The notes under the pieces are model-generated. The model was not told the origin of the DNA, made no database searches, and saw nothing but the letters and a program-made list of their open reading frames with translations. A stretch of DNA of 64,000 nt, taken from NCBI GenBank assembly GCA_965204755.1, contig OZ242011.1, forward strand, positions 2,464,001-2,528,000, read 5' to 3'. Numbering within the stretch: position 1 is the first letter of the stretch; each line of letters begins with the position of its first letter. This document shows positions 19,901 to 32,709 of the stretch, piece after piece. The position numbers were made by a program, and so were the translations under genes. Source of the stretch: Candidatus Marinacidobacterium sp. (GTDB lineage Bacteria > Acidobacteriota > Vicinamibacteria > Marinacidobacterales > Marinacidobacteraceae).

Positions 19901-21730
19901 TTGGGAGACACACCGCAGGCGCCTTCGCGCGCTGAGGCGCGGGGCGGGGACGGGGCCGGGAGAACCGGCCCGCCGCCCGGCGCCGAAGGCCGTCCGCCGA
20001 ACAAGCGCCCGGGGAACGGCCCGCGGAACGGTCCGCAGAAGAGCGCCGACGGGCGGCGGCGGCGGAAGTCGAGGGCCCCGGCTGCGGAGGGTCGCTCCGG
20101 CGAAGACCGGCCGGCCGCCCCCCTCGCCGAGCGTTCCGCCGGGTCCGGCGACGATCGCGCCGAGTCGGGGGAAGCCGCCCCGTCCGGCGAGGCCGGCGAC
20201 GCGGAACGGCGGTCGGAAGGGCGGGGGGGGCGCCGACGAACGAAGGCTCGGGGCGGGGAGCCGCGCCGCCGGGCCGGCGGCGGCGCGACCTCCGACGAAA
20301 GCGACACCGACGGCGAAACGGCCCCGTCCGCTCGCGGCCGAGGCGGCGGCGACCGCGCGAAGGGCGGCGGCCGGCAACCGGCGCCCCGCCGCCGCTCGGG
20401 CCGGGAGCGGGCGTCCCCGTCGGCGGAGGGGGCGGGCCGGCCCGACCGCTCCGCCGACGCCCGCGTCGGCGAAGTCGAGATCGTCGAGAGCGCTTCGGCG
20501 CTCGAAGCGCTGGCCGACGGGATTCGGCGCGCCGGCGCCTTCGCCCTCGACACCGAGTTCATCCCCGAAAACCGCCTGATCCCGGAACTCGGCCTCGTCC
20601 AGGTGGCGACCGCCGACCGGGAAGCGGTGGTGGATCCGCTGGCGGTCCCCGACCTGAAGCCGCTCTTCGATCTCATCGCCGACCCGGCGGTCCGGAAGGT
20701 CGTCCACTCGGGCAAGCACGACTTCGACATCTTCCACGAACTCGGCGGGGTGGTCCCCCGGAACATCTTCGACACCCAAGTGGCGGCTGCGGTCATCGGC
20801 CACCAGCGCAAACTCCAGATCGCGCTGCGCACCCTCGTCGCCGGCTTCGTGGGCCGCGACCTGTCGAAGCAGGAGCAGATGTCGAACTGGCTGGCCCGCC
20901 CGCTGACCCCCCGGCAGGTCGAATACGCGATCTCGGATGTCCGCTACCTCCTGCCGCTCGAAGCGAAACTCCGCGAGCGCGCCCGTTCGCTCGGCCGCCT
21001 GGAGTGGCTCGAGGAGGAGATGCGCCGCCTCTCGGCGAACGAGTCGTACGGCCCGCCCGCCCCGGAGCAGTACTACCGGGAACTCGACGGCCCCGGCTTC
21101 ACCGCGGAGCAGCGCGGCGCGCTGCGGGCGCTCACCGCCTGGCGCGAGCGGCAGGCGCGGCAGGCGAACCGGCCCCGGGGGAAGATCCTCAAGGACGGCG
21201 TGGTTCGCGACCTGGCCCGCCGGGGCCCCCGGAACGCGGAGCAACTGCTCGCCCCCTATGTGTGGGCGGAAGGCCGGCGTCCGCCCAAGGCCGACCCGAA
21301 GACCGCTTCCCAAGCCCGCCCGGTGCTCCAGAAGAACTCCGCCGCCATTCTCCGGGCGCTCCGCGAGGGCGCCCGGAAGCCGATCCCCTTCACCGGCTCC
21401 GGCCCGGTCGGGCGGCGCCCGGCGCCGGAATCGCTCGCCCTGCTGCTGGAGACCTGGTTGAAATTGCGCGCCACCGAACACGGCGTCGCGCCGGACCTGC
21501 TCGCCACCCAGGAGGAACTCCGCGCCATCGCCGCGGCGTGGCCGAAGGAGGCGAAGGGCGTCCGGGCGCTCGCCGGCTTCCGCCGGCAGATCCTCGGCGA
21601 GGACCTGCTGCTCATCCTCTCCGGCAAGGCGGTGATCCAGGTGGGAGGCAAGAACGCTCCCGCCGACCGACCTCCCATCCGCCTGGCCCGCCTCGGCATG
21701 CTCGGACGCCTGTCCCTGCGATCGTTCTGA
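19901..21730 (+). CDS. rnd: Ribonuclease D (DEDD exonuclease + HRDC) with long low-complexity N-terminal extension
   Basis: ALDTEF, LVQVAT, KVVH, IFDTQVAA, SNWLARPL...YAISDV, WRERQAR; start codon uncertain. Confidence 0.85.
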   Translation: MGDTPQAPSRAEARGGDGAGRTGPPPGAEGRPPNKRPGNGPRNGPQKSADGRRRRKSRAPAAEGRSGEDRPAAPLAERSAGSGDDRAESGEAAPSGEAGDAERRSEGRGGRRRTKARGGEPRRRAGGGATSDESDTDGETAPSARGRGGGDRAKGGGRQPAPRRRSGRERASPSAEGAGRPDRSADARVGEVEIVESASALEALADGIRRAGAFALDTEFIPENRLIPELGLVQVATADREAVVDPLAVPDLKPLFDLIADPAVRKVVHSGKHDFDIFHELGGVVPRNIFDTQVAAAVIGHQRKLQIALRTLVAGFVGRDLSKQEQMSNWLARPLTPRQVEYAISDVRYLLPLEAKLRERARSLGRLEWLEEEMRRLSANESYGPPAPEQYYRELDGPGFTAEQRGALRALTAWRERQARQANRPRGKILKDGVVRDLARRGPRNAEQLLAPYVWAEGRRPPKADPKTASQARPVLQKNSAAILRALREGARKPIPFTGSGPVGRRPAPESLALLLETWLKLRATEHGVAPDLLATQEELRAIAAAWPKEAKGVRALAGFRRQILGEDLLLILSGKAVIQVGGKNAPADRPPIRLARLGMLGRLSLRSF

Positions 21731-21839
21731 TCCTGACCGCGACTCCTCCCGCCCCCGCCTCCGCCCGGTCGGGATCCGCGCCCGGCCGGGCGGTCCCGCG
21801 TCCCGCCTTTCCCGCCGCCACCTCCGGAGGTGACGCCCG

Positions 21840-23153
21840 ATGACCCCGCAACCCTGGTATCGAAAGATGTGGGCGCAGATCGTCCTCGGTCTCGTCCTCG
21901 GCATCCTCTACGGCGTCCTCTCCGCCGGCCTCGGCTGGACGCAGTTCACCGAGAACTACATCGCCCCGTTCGGCACGGTCTTCGTGAACGGCCTGCAGTT
22001 GATCGCGGTGCCGCTGGTCCTCGCCTCGCTGATCGTCGGGGTGGCCTCGCTGAGCGACATGCGGAAGGTCAGCCGCATCGGCGGGAAGACGCTGGCGATC
22101 TATGTGGCCACCACCGCCATGTCGGTGACCATCGGGCTCACCTACGCGAACCTGGTGCGCCCCGGCGACCGGGTTCCGCCGTCCCTTCGCGCCGAACTCG
22201 GCGAGCAGTACCGCGACGCGGCCGCCGGGCGGGAGGGAGCGGCGAACGCCATGATGGAAGAGCGCGGCCCGCTCGCCATCCTGGAGGACATCGTTCCGCC
22301 GAATGTCGTGTCTTCGGCGTCGAGCAACCGGAACATGCTCCAGATCGTGTTCCTGTCGCTGCTGTTCGGGATCGCGCTGATCCGCATCCCCAAGGAGACC
22401 GCGGGCCCGCTGCTGGGCTTTTTCAAGGGGCTGGAAGCGGTGGTGGTCGAGTTCGTGGGGATCGTCATGCGGATCGCGCCGCTCGGGGTGTTCGCCCTGA
22501 TCGCCCGCGCCATCTCCGGGATGGCCGGGGACGACCCCGGGGAGGTGGTCGCGCTGCTCGGCGCGCTCGGCTTCTACTGCCTGGTGGTGGTCGTGGGGCT
22601 CGCGACCCAGATGTTCGTGGTGTACCCGCTGATCCTGAAGTTCTTCACGCCCCTCGGCTGGCGGCGGGTGCTGACCGCCGCCGCCCCGGTGCAACTCGTC
22701 GCCTTCTCCACCAGTTCCAGCGGCGCCACCCTGCCGGTGACCATGCGCCGGGCCCGGCAGATGGGCGTCTCCGAAGAGGTCTCCTCGTTCGTCCTGCCGC
22801 TCGGCGCGACCGTGAACATGGACGGCACCGCCCTCTACCAGGCGGCGGCGGCGCTGTTCATCGCCCAGGCGCTCGGCATCCCGGTGGGGCTCGAGGGCCA
22901 ACTCGCCATCGTGCTGACCGCCGTCCTGGCCTCCATCGGCACCGCCGCGGTGCCCGGCGCCGGCATCATCATGCTGGTCATCATCCTGCAGGCGATCGGC
23001 GTTCCCGCGGAGGGCGTGGCGCTCATCCTGGGCGTGGACCGCTTGCTCGACATGCTGCGGACCGCGACCAATGTGACCGGCGACCTCACCGTCGCCTCGG
23101 TCGTCGCCGCCTCCGAAGAGGGCCAACTCGACCTCGACAACGCCGAGGTCTGA
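21840..23153 (+). CDS. Dicarboxylate/amino acid:cation symporter (DAACS, GltP-like)
   Basis: RBS GGAGGT; AFSTSSSGATLP, LPLGATVNMDGT, SIGTAAVPG, DRLLDMLRT..NVTGD. Confidence 0.95.
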   Translation: MTPQPWYRKMWAQIVLGLVLGILYGVLSAGLGWTQFTENYIAPFGTVFVNGLQLIAVPLVLASLIVGVASLSDMRKVSRIGGKTLAIYVATTAMSVTIGLTYANLVRPGDRVPPSLRAELGEQYRDAAAGREGAANAMMEERGPLAILEDIVPPNVVSSASSNRNMLQIVFLSLLFGIALIRIPKETAGPLLGFFKGLEAVVVEFVGIVMRIAPLGVFALIARAISGMAGDDPGEVVALLGALGFYCLVVVVGLATQMFVVYPLILKFFTPLGWRRVLTAAAPVQLVAFSTSSSGATLPVTMRRARQMGVSEEVSSFVLPLGATVNMDGTALYQAAAALFIAQALGIPVGLEGQLAIVLTAVLASIGTAAVPGAGIIMLVIILQAIGVPAEGVALILGVDRLLDMLRTATNVTGDLTVASVVAASEEGQLDLDNAEV

Positions 23154-23198
23154 GAACGGCCGAGCCCCCGGCGGGTTTCGCGCCCGCCGGGGCGGCGC

Positions 23199-23786
23199 TC
23201 AGTCGAGCGCGCCGGTCTCGATCAGCGCGCCGATCTCCTCGTCGAGGACTTCGCCGACCGGGCCGAAGTAGCGCTTCAGGATCTTCCCGTCCCGATCCAC
23301 CAGGTACTTGGTGGGGTAGCCGAGGAACGGGCCGAAGGCGTCGCGCGCTTCGTCCGACCCCATGACATTCGGGTAGGTGAGCCCCCGCTCGGCCACGAAT
23401 TCCGCGACATCCTCCGCGCTTCCGGACTCGAGGACGATCCCCAGCATCAGGAAGTCCTCGCCCGGGAAGGCTTCCGAGAGGCTTTGCAGGTGCGGCAACT
23501 CGGCGACGCAGGGGACGCACCAGGTGGCCCACAGGTCCACGAGCACCACGCGGCCGGCCCCGGCTTCGCGCAGGTCGAGCGGCTCGCCGTCGTCGGCCCG
23601 GGGCAGGGTCAGCGCCGGCGCTTCGGCGGCGATGCCGCCCCCCGCCGCGCCGCCCCCGCCGGAGTCGTCCGCGGGCGGCGCGCACGCGGAACCGGCGAGC
23701 GCGAATCCGAGGAGGGTGAGCCCGAGCGTGGCGGGGGAAGAGCGGAGGACGAAGTAGCGCACGAGAGGTCTCCCGGGGGTCTCCAC
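23199..23786 (-). CDS. TlpA-family thiol:disulfide oxidoreductase lipoprotein
   Basis: LWATWCVPC CxxC, GYPTKYLVDRDG, LAGSAC lipobox. Confidence 0.9.
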   Translation of the reverse strand: METPGRPLVRYFVLRSSPATLGLTLLGFALAGSACAPPADDSGGGGAAGGGIAAEAPALTLPRADDGEPLDLREAGAGRVVLVDLWATWCVPCVAELPHLQSLSEAFPGEDFLMLGIVLESGSAEDVAEFVAERGLTYPNVMGSDEARDAFGPFLGYPTKYLVDRDGKILKRYFGPVGEVLDEEIGALIETGALD

Positions 23787-23799
23787 CGGCGAAGTCGGT

Positions 23800-24204
23800 T
23801 CAGTTGCGGGGCGGTTGGAGGGTGCGCAGGTAGTGCACCACCTGCCACCGCTCCTCTTCGCTCAGCGTCCGGGCCATCCCCGGCATCGGTTTCCGGCCCT
23901 CGGTGATCTTGTAGAAGAGTTCGCCGTCGGTCATCCGGTCCCGGGCTTCCTCGGTCGAAATGTCCGCCGGCGGCGGCTTGATGAACCGGGTCGCCTTCCC
24001 GTCGCCCTTGGCGGCGTCGCCGTGGCAGGTGGCGCACCGGGCCTGGTAGGCGGTCTTCCCGGCTTCGAGGACCGCGTCGCTGAGGGGCACCGGGTTCTCG
24101 ACGGCCCGGGCCTCGTCCGGGACGAGCCACTCCTCCTGGGCGAGAGCGGCCGCGCCCGAGCAGAGGGAGAAGCAGAGGAGGAGTCGGGGGATTCGCGCGG
24201 GCAT
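23800..24204 (-). CDS. Class I cytochrome c
   Basis: Signal peptide; CATCH heme motif; GELFYKITEG..PMP; WQVVHYLR. Confidence 0.92.
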   Translation of the reverse strand: MPARIPRLLLCFSLCSGAAALAQEEWLVPDEARAVENPVPLSDAVLEAGKTAYQARCATCHGDAAKGDGKATRFIKPPPADISTEEARDRMTDGELFYKITEGRKPMPGMARTLSEEERWQVVHYLRTLQPPRN

Positions 24205-24270
24205 GGGCGTTCTCGCCGGTCGGGCGGCGCGCCCCGGCGGTCGGTGGGTTTCCAATGGGGGAGGGCGGCG

Positions 24271-24999
24271 CTATCCCAGCACCGGCAGGAAGGTCAGGTA
24301 GCGGGAGAGGGCCTGCAGGCTGTCGGTGAACACCAGGACGCCGATCACGATGAGCAACGCTCCGCTGCCGATCTCGATCGCCCGCATCCGGGACTTGATC
24401 TTCCGGGAGATCGAGAGGAACCGGTTCACCGCCAGCCCGGTGAGCAGGAACGGCGCTCCCAGCCCCAGGGAATACACGCTGAGCAGCACGATGCCCTGTC
24501 CGACGGTCTCCCGCTGGGCGGCCAGCACCAGCACCGTGGCCAGAATCGGGCCGATGCAGGGGGACCAGCCGAAGGCGAACGCCAGGCCGATCCCGAAGGA
24601 GCCGATGAGGCCCACCGGTTCCCGGTCGGTGTGGAGGCGCTTTTCCAGGTTCAGGAAGCCGATCCGCAGGACGCCCATCACATGGAGTCCGAACAGCACG
24701 ATCACCGATCCGGCGATCCGGGAGAGCCAGAGCCGGTTCCCGGCGAGCCACTGCCCGGCGTAGGTCGCGGACGCCCCCATCGCCACGAACACGATGGAGA
24801 ACCCGAGCACGAACACCAGCGTGTTGCGCACCACCCGCCGCCGGCGTTCCCGGTACTCCTCGCCGCTCTGCTCGGCGAGTTCGCTCAGCGAAATCCCGGA
24901 GACGAACGACACATAGCCGGGAACGAGCGGCAGCACGCAGGGCGAGATGAACGAGATCACCCCGGCGCCGAGCGCGGTGAGCAGGGTCAGGGCATCCAT
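24271..24999 (-). CDS. ccdA: Cytochrome c biogenesis protein CcdA
   Basis: SFISPCVLPLVPGY and FGWSPCIGPIL; six TM helices; start ATG 24999. Confidence 0.93.
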   Translation of the reverse strand: MDALTLLTALGAGVISFISPCVLPLVPGYVSFVSGISLSELAEQSGEEYRERRRRVVRNTLVFVLGFSIVFVAMGASATYAGQWLAGNRLWLSRIAGSVIVLFGLHVMGVLRIGFLNLEKRLHTDREPVGLIGSFGIGLAFAFGWSPCIGPILATVLVLAAQRETVGQGIVLLSVYSLGLGAPFLLTGLAVNRFLSISRKIKSRMRAIEIGSGALLIVIGVLVFTDSLQALSRYLTFLPVLG

Positions 25000-25433
25000 G
25001 GGGTTCCGGGGCGCGCGACGCGGTTGACGGGCCGTTCGTCTGCGGCGGCCGTCCCGTCGGGAGGACAGGGCAAGCGGGGAAAGATCGACAAGGGGGTCGA
25101 GACCGGCGAAACCCGGTTGCGCCGGCCACCGTCGCGTGGCGGCGGGGCGGAATCGTAGCCGGGAGGTCGGCCCTCCCGATCGGGGGCTCCGCGCGCTGCG
25201 CCTTCGGTTGGCCTCTCGCCGGCGCGCGCCCGAAGTCCGGCTTCCGCCCGCATTCGCGGCCCGTTCCGCCAGCCGGACCGCTCGAGGGCGGCCTCCGGCC
25301 CGCGCGCCGAGGCGACTTTTCCGAAATTCGCCCGTTTCGGCCCGTTTCGTGAGCAGAAATCGTCGGCCATCCGTCCAACTTTTCGTTCGCGCTCCTCCCC
25401 GGACTCCCGAGTCCCAACACGGAAGGCCCCCCA

Positions 25434-27188
25434 ATGAGTTCCCCCGCACCGCCCGCACCCCCTGCCTCGCCCCCGTCCCGGCCCCCGACTTCCGCCCCAC
25501 CGGCCCGGCCGGGCGCCCCCCCGGCCGCCGCTCCGCCGGCCGCTGTCCGCCGGCCGCCGGCCGTTGTCCGCCGGCCCCCGGCCGTTGTCCGCCGGCCCCC
25601 GGCCGTTGTCCGCCGGCCCCCGGCCGCCGAGGCCGCCGGAGCGCCGGCCCCGCCCGGAAGGCCCGCCTCCGCGCGGCGGCTCGCCGCCACCCGCACCGGC
25701 ACCGTGGTCGGAGTGGACGGCCTCACCGTCCGGGTGGAAGTGGACATGCAACTCTCCGCCGACGGGCGGTCGAGCGTCCGCACCGTCGGCCTTCCCGACG
25801 CGGTGGTCCGCGAGGCCCAACAGCGGGTCCACGCGGCCCTCCGCAACGGCGGCTGCGAACCCCCGCCGGCGCACCTGATCGTGAACCTCGCCCCGGCCTC
25901 CGTCCGCAAGGAGGGCTCCGGCTTCGACCTGGCGGTCGCCGTCGGCATCATGGCCGCCGCCGGCCAACTCCCCCGCCGCCGCCTCCCGGAGACGCTCCTG
26001 CTGGGGGAACTCGCCCTCGACGGTTCGCTTCGCCCGGTACGCGGCGCCCTCCCGATCGCCTGGGCCGCGGCGGCCGACGGGCTGAACACCGCAGTCGTCC
26101 CGCCGGAGAACGCCGACGAGGCGGCGCTCGCCCCGGGCCTCGCGGTCCACGCGGCGCCGAGCCTCGGCGCGGCCGCCTCCCTGCTCGCCGCCGCCGAGTT
26201 GCCTCCGGCCCACCGGGCCTCCTCGGCCGCCCCCTCCCCGGCGGCCCCGGCGGTGGATCTCGCCGAGGTCCGGGGCCAGGGCAAGGCCCGCCGCGCCCTC
26301 GAGATCGCCGCCGCCGGCGGCCACAACCTGCTCTTCACCGGCCCGCCGGGCAGCGGCAAGACCCTGCTGGTGAGCGCCCTGCCCGACCTCCTCCCACCGC
26401 TCTCCGCCGAAGAGGCGCTGGAAGTGGCTCGAATCCGCTCCGCCGTCGGCCAACAGCCGACGATCCTCTCCGGTCGGCCGCCGTTTCGCGCCCCCCACCA
26501 CACGATCTCCTACGCCGGCATGGCCGGGGGCGGGCCGGGGCCGGGGCCGGGGGAAATCACGCTCGCCCACCGGGGGGTCCTCTTCCTCGACGAACTCCCC
26601 GAATTCCGGCGCTCCGTGCTCGAGTGCCTGCGGCAGCCGCTCGAGAGCGGCGAGATCCACATCGGCCGCGCCCGCCAATCGGTCCGCTTCCCCGCCCGGT
26701 TCATGCTGGTCGCGGCGATGAACCCCTGTCCCTGCGGCTTCGACGGCGACGAGGGCCGCCCCTGCTCCTGCACCCCGTCCGCGATCGCCCGCTACCGCTC
26801 CCGGATCTCCGGGCCGCTCCTCGACCGGATGGACATCCACCTCACGGTGCGCCCGGTGCGGTCGAAGGAAGTGCTCGGCCGGGGTCCGGCGGAGTCCACC
26901 GCCGCGGTCCGGGAGCGGGTCGCCCGGGCCCGGTCGGCGCGATGGCAACGGTTCCGCCGCGCCCTTCCCCGGCGCCCGCCGACCGTCGCGGAACTGCGCC
27001 GGGCCTGCCGCGCCGAGGGGCCGTTCCGCTCGCTGGTCACCTGGGCGATGGACGGTCTGGGCATGTCCGCCCGCGCCGTCACCCGGGCCTTCCGGGTGGC
27101 CCGGACGATCGCTGACCTGGCCGGTTCGGCGGACATCGAACCCCTCCACCTGGAGGAGGCCCTGGCCTTCCGGCGGGTGGAGCGATGA
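25434..27188 (+). CDS. comM: YifB/ComM Mg-chelatase-like AAA+ ATPase
   Basis: VGLPDAVVREA, NLAPA..RKEGSGFDL, GPPGSGKT, FRAPHHT, GEITLAHRGVLFLDE, AAMNPCPCG, ARTIADL. Confidence 0.92.
   Translation: MSSPAPPAPPASPPSRPPTSAPPARPGAPPAAAPPAAVRRPPAVVRRPPAVVRRPPAVVRRPPAAEAAGAPAPPGRPASARRLAATRTGTVVGVDGLTVRVEVDMQLSADGRSSVRTVGLPDAVVREAQQRVHAALRNGGCEPPPAHLIVNLAPASVRKEGSGFDLAVAVGIMAAAGQLPRRRLPETLLLGELALDGSLRPVRGALPIAWAAAADGLNTAVVPPENADEAALAPGLAVHAAPSLGAAASLLAAAELPPAHRASSAAPSPAAPAVDLAEVRGQGKARRALEIAAAGGHNLLFTGPPGSGKTLLVSALPDLLPPLSAEEALEVARIRSAVGQQPTILSGRPPFRAPHHTISYAGMAGGGPGPGPGEITLAHRGVLFLDELPEFRRSVLECLRQPLESGEIHIGRARQSVRFPARFMLVAAMNPCPCGFDGDEGRPCSCTPSAIARYRSRISGPLLDRMDIHLTVRPVRSKEVLGRGPAESTAAVRERVARARSARWQRFRRALPRRPPTVAELRRACRAEGPFRSLVTWAMDGLGMSARAVTRAFRVARTIADLAGSADIEPLHLEEALAFRRVER
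25536..25626 (+). repeat. 21-bp tandem repeat (CCGGCCGTTGTCCGCCGGCCC, about 4.3 copies)
   Basis: Directly visible; encodes PAVVRRP repeats in the ComM N-terminal extension. Confidence 0.9.
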
Positions 27189-27240
27189 CCCCCGCCGCGC
27201 CGCCTCCGCGCCCGGCGGCCCGGCCCCTTCCGCTAAGTCG

Positions 27241-27249
27241 TGGTAGAAT
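27241..27249 (+). promoter_or_regulatory. Extended -10 promoter element for M23-secA-guaB
   Basis: TGgTAGAAT 14 nt upstream of ATG 27264. Confidence 0.55.
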
Positions 27250-27263
27250 CTGGAATTCGCTTT

Positions 27264-28238
27264 ATGCCAAGTCTCGATTCGAGCCGGCTGCGGCGCCTCG
27301 GCGGGGCCCTGTTCCGCCGGTTCTCGCAGCCGCTGCTCCGGCGATTCCTGGGGCCGACCGACGAGCGGGATTCCATCCGCGTCGTCGTTTTCGGCGCCGG
27401 CGGCCGGACACCGACAGAATACCGGCTCGGGGCCGAGAGGTTCCGGCGCAGCAGGCGGATCGCCGCCGCGGCGCTCGGCGCGGCGCTGCTGGTCGGCGCG
27501 CACTACGCCTATCTCCTCGTCGCCCCCCATGCCGGATCCGAGGCGCTCATCGAGGAGCGCGACCTGCTCCGGGAGCAGGGGCTCGGCTACGCCCGGGACA
27601 CCGAGCGGATGGCCGGCCGCATCGAGGCGCTCGAGGTGCAGATGCGGAAGTTGGCGGTGCTCGCCGGGGCGGATCCGCTGCCCGACCGGGCGGCGGGGAT
27701 CGGCGGGGCGGTGGACGCTTCGACCGGCTACGACTATGTGAGCGACCGCATCGAGGACCTCTCGAGCCGCATCGCCCGGCTCGACCAGCAGGGCTTGGCG
27801 CTCGAGCGGAGCATGCGGGAGAAGACCCGGCTGCTCGCCTCCACGCCGTCGGTCTGGCCGCTGCGCGGCTACATCGCCTCCGGCTACGGCCGGCGGAGCG
27901 ACCCGTTCACCGGCGAGATCGAGTGGCACCAGGGGGTGGACATCGTCGCCAGCCCGGGCGCGCCGGTGCGCACCACCGCCGACGGGGTGGTGCTCGAGGC
28001 CGCCACTTCCCCGACCTTCGGCAAGAATGTGGTCGTCTCCCACGGGTTCGGCGCGGTGACGCGCTACGCCCACCTCTCGCAGATCGAGGTTCGCCGCGGG
28101 CAGCGGCTGCGCCGCGGCCAGATGGTCGGCCGCGTGGGGAACACCGGCCGCAGCCGGGCCCCCCACCTCCACTACGAGGTGTGGCTGAACGGACGCGCCC
28201 AGGACCCTCTCGACCACATCGTGGACTACACGCGGTAG
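27264..28238 (+). CDS. M23 family metallopeptidase (TM + coiled coil + LytM domain)
   Basis: TPSVWP, HQGVD, TRYAHL, VGNTGRS..PHLHYEV. Confidence 0.92.
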   Translation: MPSLDSSRLRRLGGALFRRFSQPLLRRFLGPTDERDSIRVVVFGAGGRTPTEYRLGAERFRRSRRIAAAALGAALLVGAHYAYLLVAPHAGSEALIEERDLLREQGLGYARDTERMAGRIEALEVQMRKLAVLAGADPLPDRAAGIGGAVDASTGYDYVSDRIEDLSSRIARLDQQGLALERSMREKTRLLASTPSVWPLRGYIASGYGRRSDPFTGEIEWHQGVDIVASPGAPVRTTADGVVLEAATSPTFGKNVVVSHGFGAVTRYAHLSQIEVRRGQRLRRGQMVGRVGNTGRSRAPHLHYEVWLNGRAQDPLDHIVDYTR

Positions 28239-28340
28239 CGCCGCGCTGCCGACCCCCCGGAGCCCTTCCTCCCGCGCGCGGGGCCCGGAGGGGCGCCGCG
28301 TCTCCCGCGCTTCGGTCCGCCCCGAGCCGCCGCTGACCTG

Positions 28341-31175
<2,835 letters not shown>

Positions 31176-31215
31176 CCTCGCGAAACGCGGCCGGCCCGGC
31201 GCCCGAGGACCGGCG

Positions 31216-32709
31216 ATGAGCGGGGAAGCGCTCGAGGCCGCGCTGACCTTCGACGATGTCCTGCTGAAGCCGCGCTACTCGGCGGTGCTGCCCGCGGAGT
31301 GCGCGGTGCGGAGCCGGTTCAGCCGGCGGATCGAACTGGCGTCGCCGGTGGTGAGCGCCGCGATGGACACCGTGACCGAAGCCCGTCTCGCCATCGCCAT
31401 CGCCCAGTTGGGCGGCATCGGGGTGATCCACCGCAACCTCCCGGTGGAGAGCCAGGCGGCGGAAGTCGCGAAGGTGAAGCGCGCCCAGGGAGGGATGGTG
31501 GTGGAGCCGGTCGGCGTCCGCTCGGACGCCCCGGTCGCCGAGGCCGTCCGCCTGATGGAGCGCCACGGCATCTCCGGCCTGCTGGTCACCGACGACGGCG
31601 GCCGCCTGGTGGGCATCCTCACGCACCGGGACCTCCGTTTCGACTCGGACGGCGACCTCGAGGTCAGCGACCTGATGACGCGCGACCCCCACACCGTCAC
31701 CCTCTCCGAGGCGCTCGACGACGAGCGGGTCCTCGACGAGGCCAAGGCGATCCTCCACCGCCACCGGGTGGAGAAGTTGCCCGTGGTGGACGAGCGCGGC
31801 GCCCCGGCCGGGCTGCTCACCTTCAAGGACATCCAGAAGGCCAAGGAGTACCCGGACGCCACCCGCGACGAGCGCGGCCGGCTGCGCTGCGCGGCGGCGG
31901 TCGGGGTCGGGGACGCGGCGCTCGCCCGCGCCGAGGCGCTCGCCGAGCGCGAAGTGGACGCGATCGTCGTGGACACCGCCCACGGCCACACCGAGAGCGT
32001 CCTCGACACCGTCCGCCGGCTCAAGGAGATGCTCGAGCGGCGGGGTCGCTCCTCGGTGGATGTGGTGGCCGGGAACATCGCCACCGCCGCCGCCGCCCGG
32101 GACCTGATCGAGGCCGGCGCCGACGGCGTGAAAGTGGGGATGGGCCCCGGCTCGATCTGCACCACCCGCGTGGTCGCCGGCACCGGGATGCCGCAATTCA
32201 CGGCCATCCGGAATGCCCGCGAGACCACCGCCGGCGCGGACGCGCCCCTGATCGCCGACGGCGGCATCCGGTTCAGCGGCGACATCGTGAAGGCCGTCGC
32301 CGCCGGCGCGGACAGCGTGATGATCGGCAACCTCCTCGCCGGCGCCGACGAGAGCCCGGGCGAGACCATCCTCTACCAAGGGCGCGCCTTCAAGAGTTAC
32401 CGCGGGATGGGCTCGCTCGGAGCGATGAGCGGCCACACCGCCGACCGCTACCAGCAGGCCGGCCGCGAGCGCTCCGGCCTGGTCCCGGAGGGGATCGAGG
32501 GGCGCGTCCCCACCAAGGGGCCGCTCGCCGGCGTGGTGCAGCAACTCATCGGGGGGCTCCGCTCCGGGATGGGCTACGCCGGATGCCGCAGCGTCCCCGA
32601 ACTCCAGCAGCGGGCCGAATTCGTACGGGTGACCGGCGCCGGCCAGCGGGAGGGCCACGCCCACGATGTGGTCGTCACCAAGGAAGCCCCGAACTACCGG
32701 CTGGAGTAG
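31216..32709 (+). CDS. guaB: IMP dehydrogenase
   Basis: [20 protein letters not shown] pair, [26 protein letters not shown]. Confidence 0.98.
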   Translation: MSGEALEAALTFDDVLLKPRYSAVLPAECAVRSRFSRRIELASPVVSAAMDTVTEARLAIAIAQLGGIGVIHRNLPVESQAAEVAKVKRAQGGMVVEPVGVRSDAPVAEAVRLMERHGISGLLVTDDGGRLVGILTHRDLRFDSDGDLEVSDLMTRDPHTVTLSEALDDERVLDEAKAILHRHRVEKLPVVDERGAPAGLLTFKDIQKAKEYPDATRDERGRLRCAAAVGVGDAALARAEALAEREVDAIVVDTAHGHTESVLDTVRRLKEMLERRGRSSVDVVAGNIATAAAARDLIEAGADGVKVGMGPGSICTTRVVAGTGMPQFTAIRNARETTAGADAPLIADGGIRFSGDIVKAVAAGADSVMIGNLLAGADESPGETILYQGRAFKSYRGMGSLGAMSGHTADRYQQAGRERSGLVPEGIEGRVPTKGPLAGVVQQLIGGLRSGMGYAGCRSVPELQQRAEFVRVTGAGQREGHAHDVVVTKEAPNYRLE

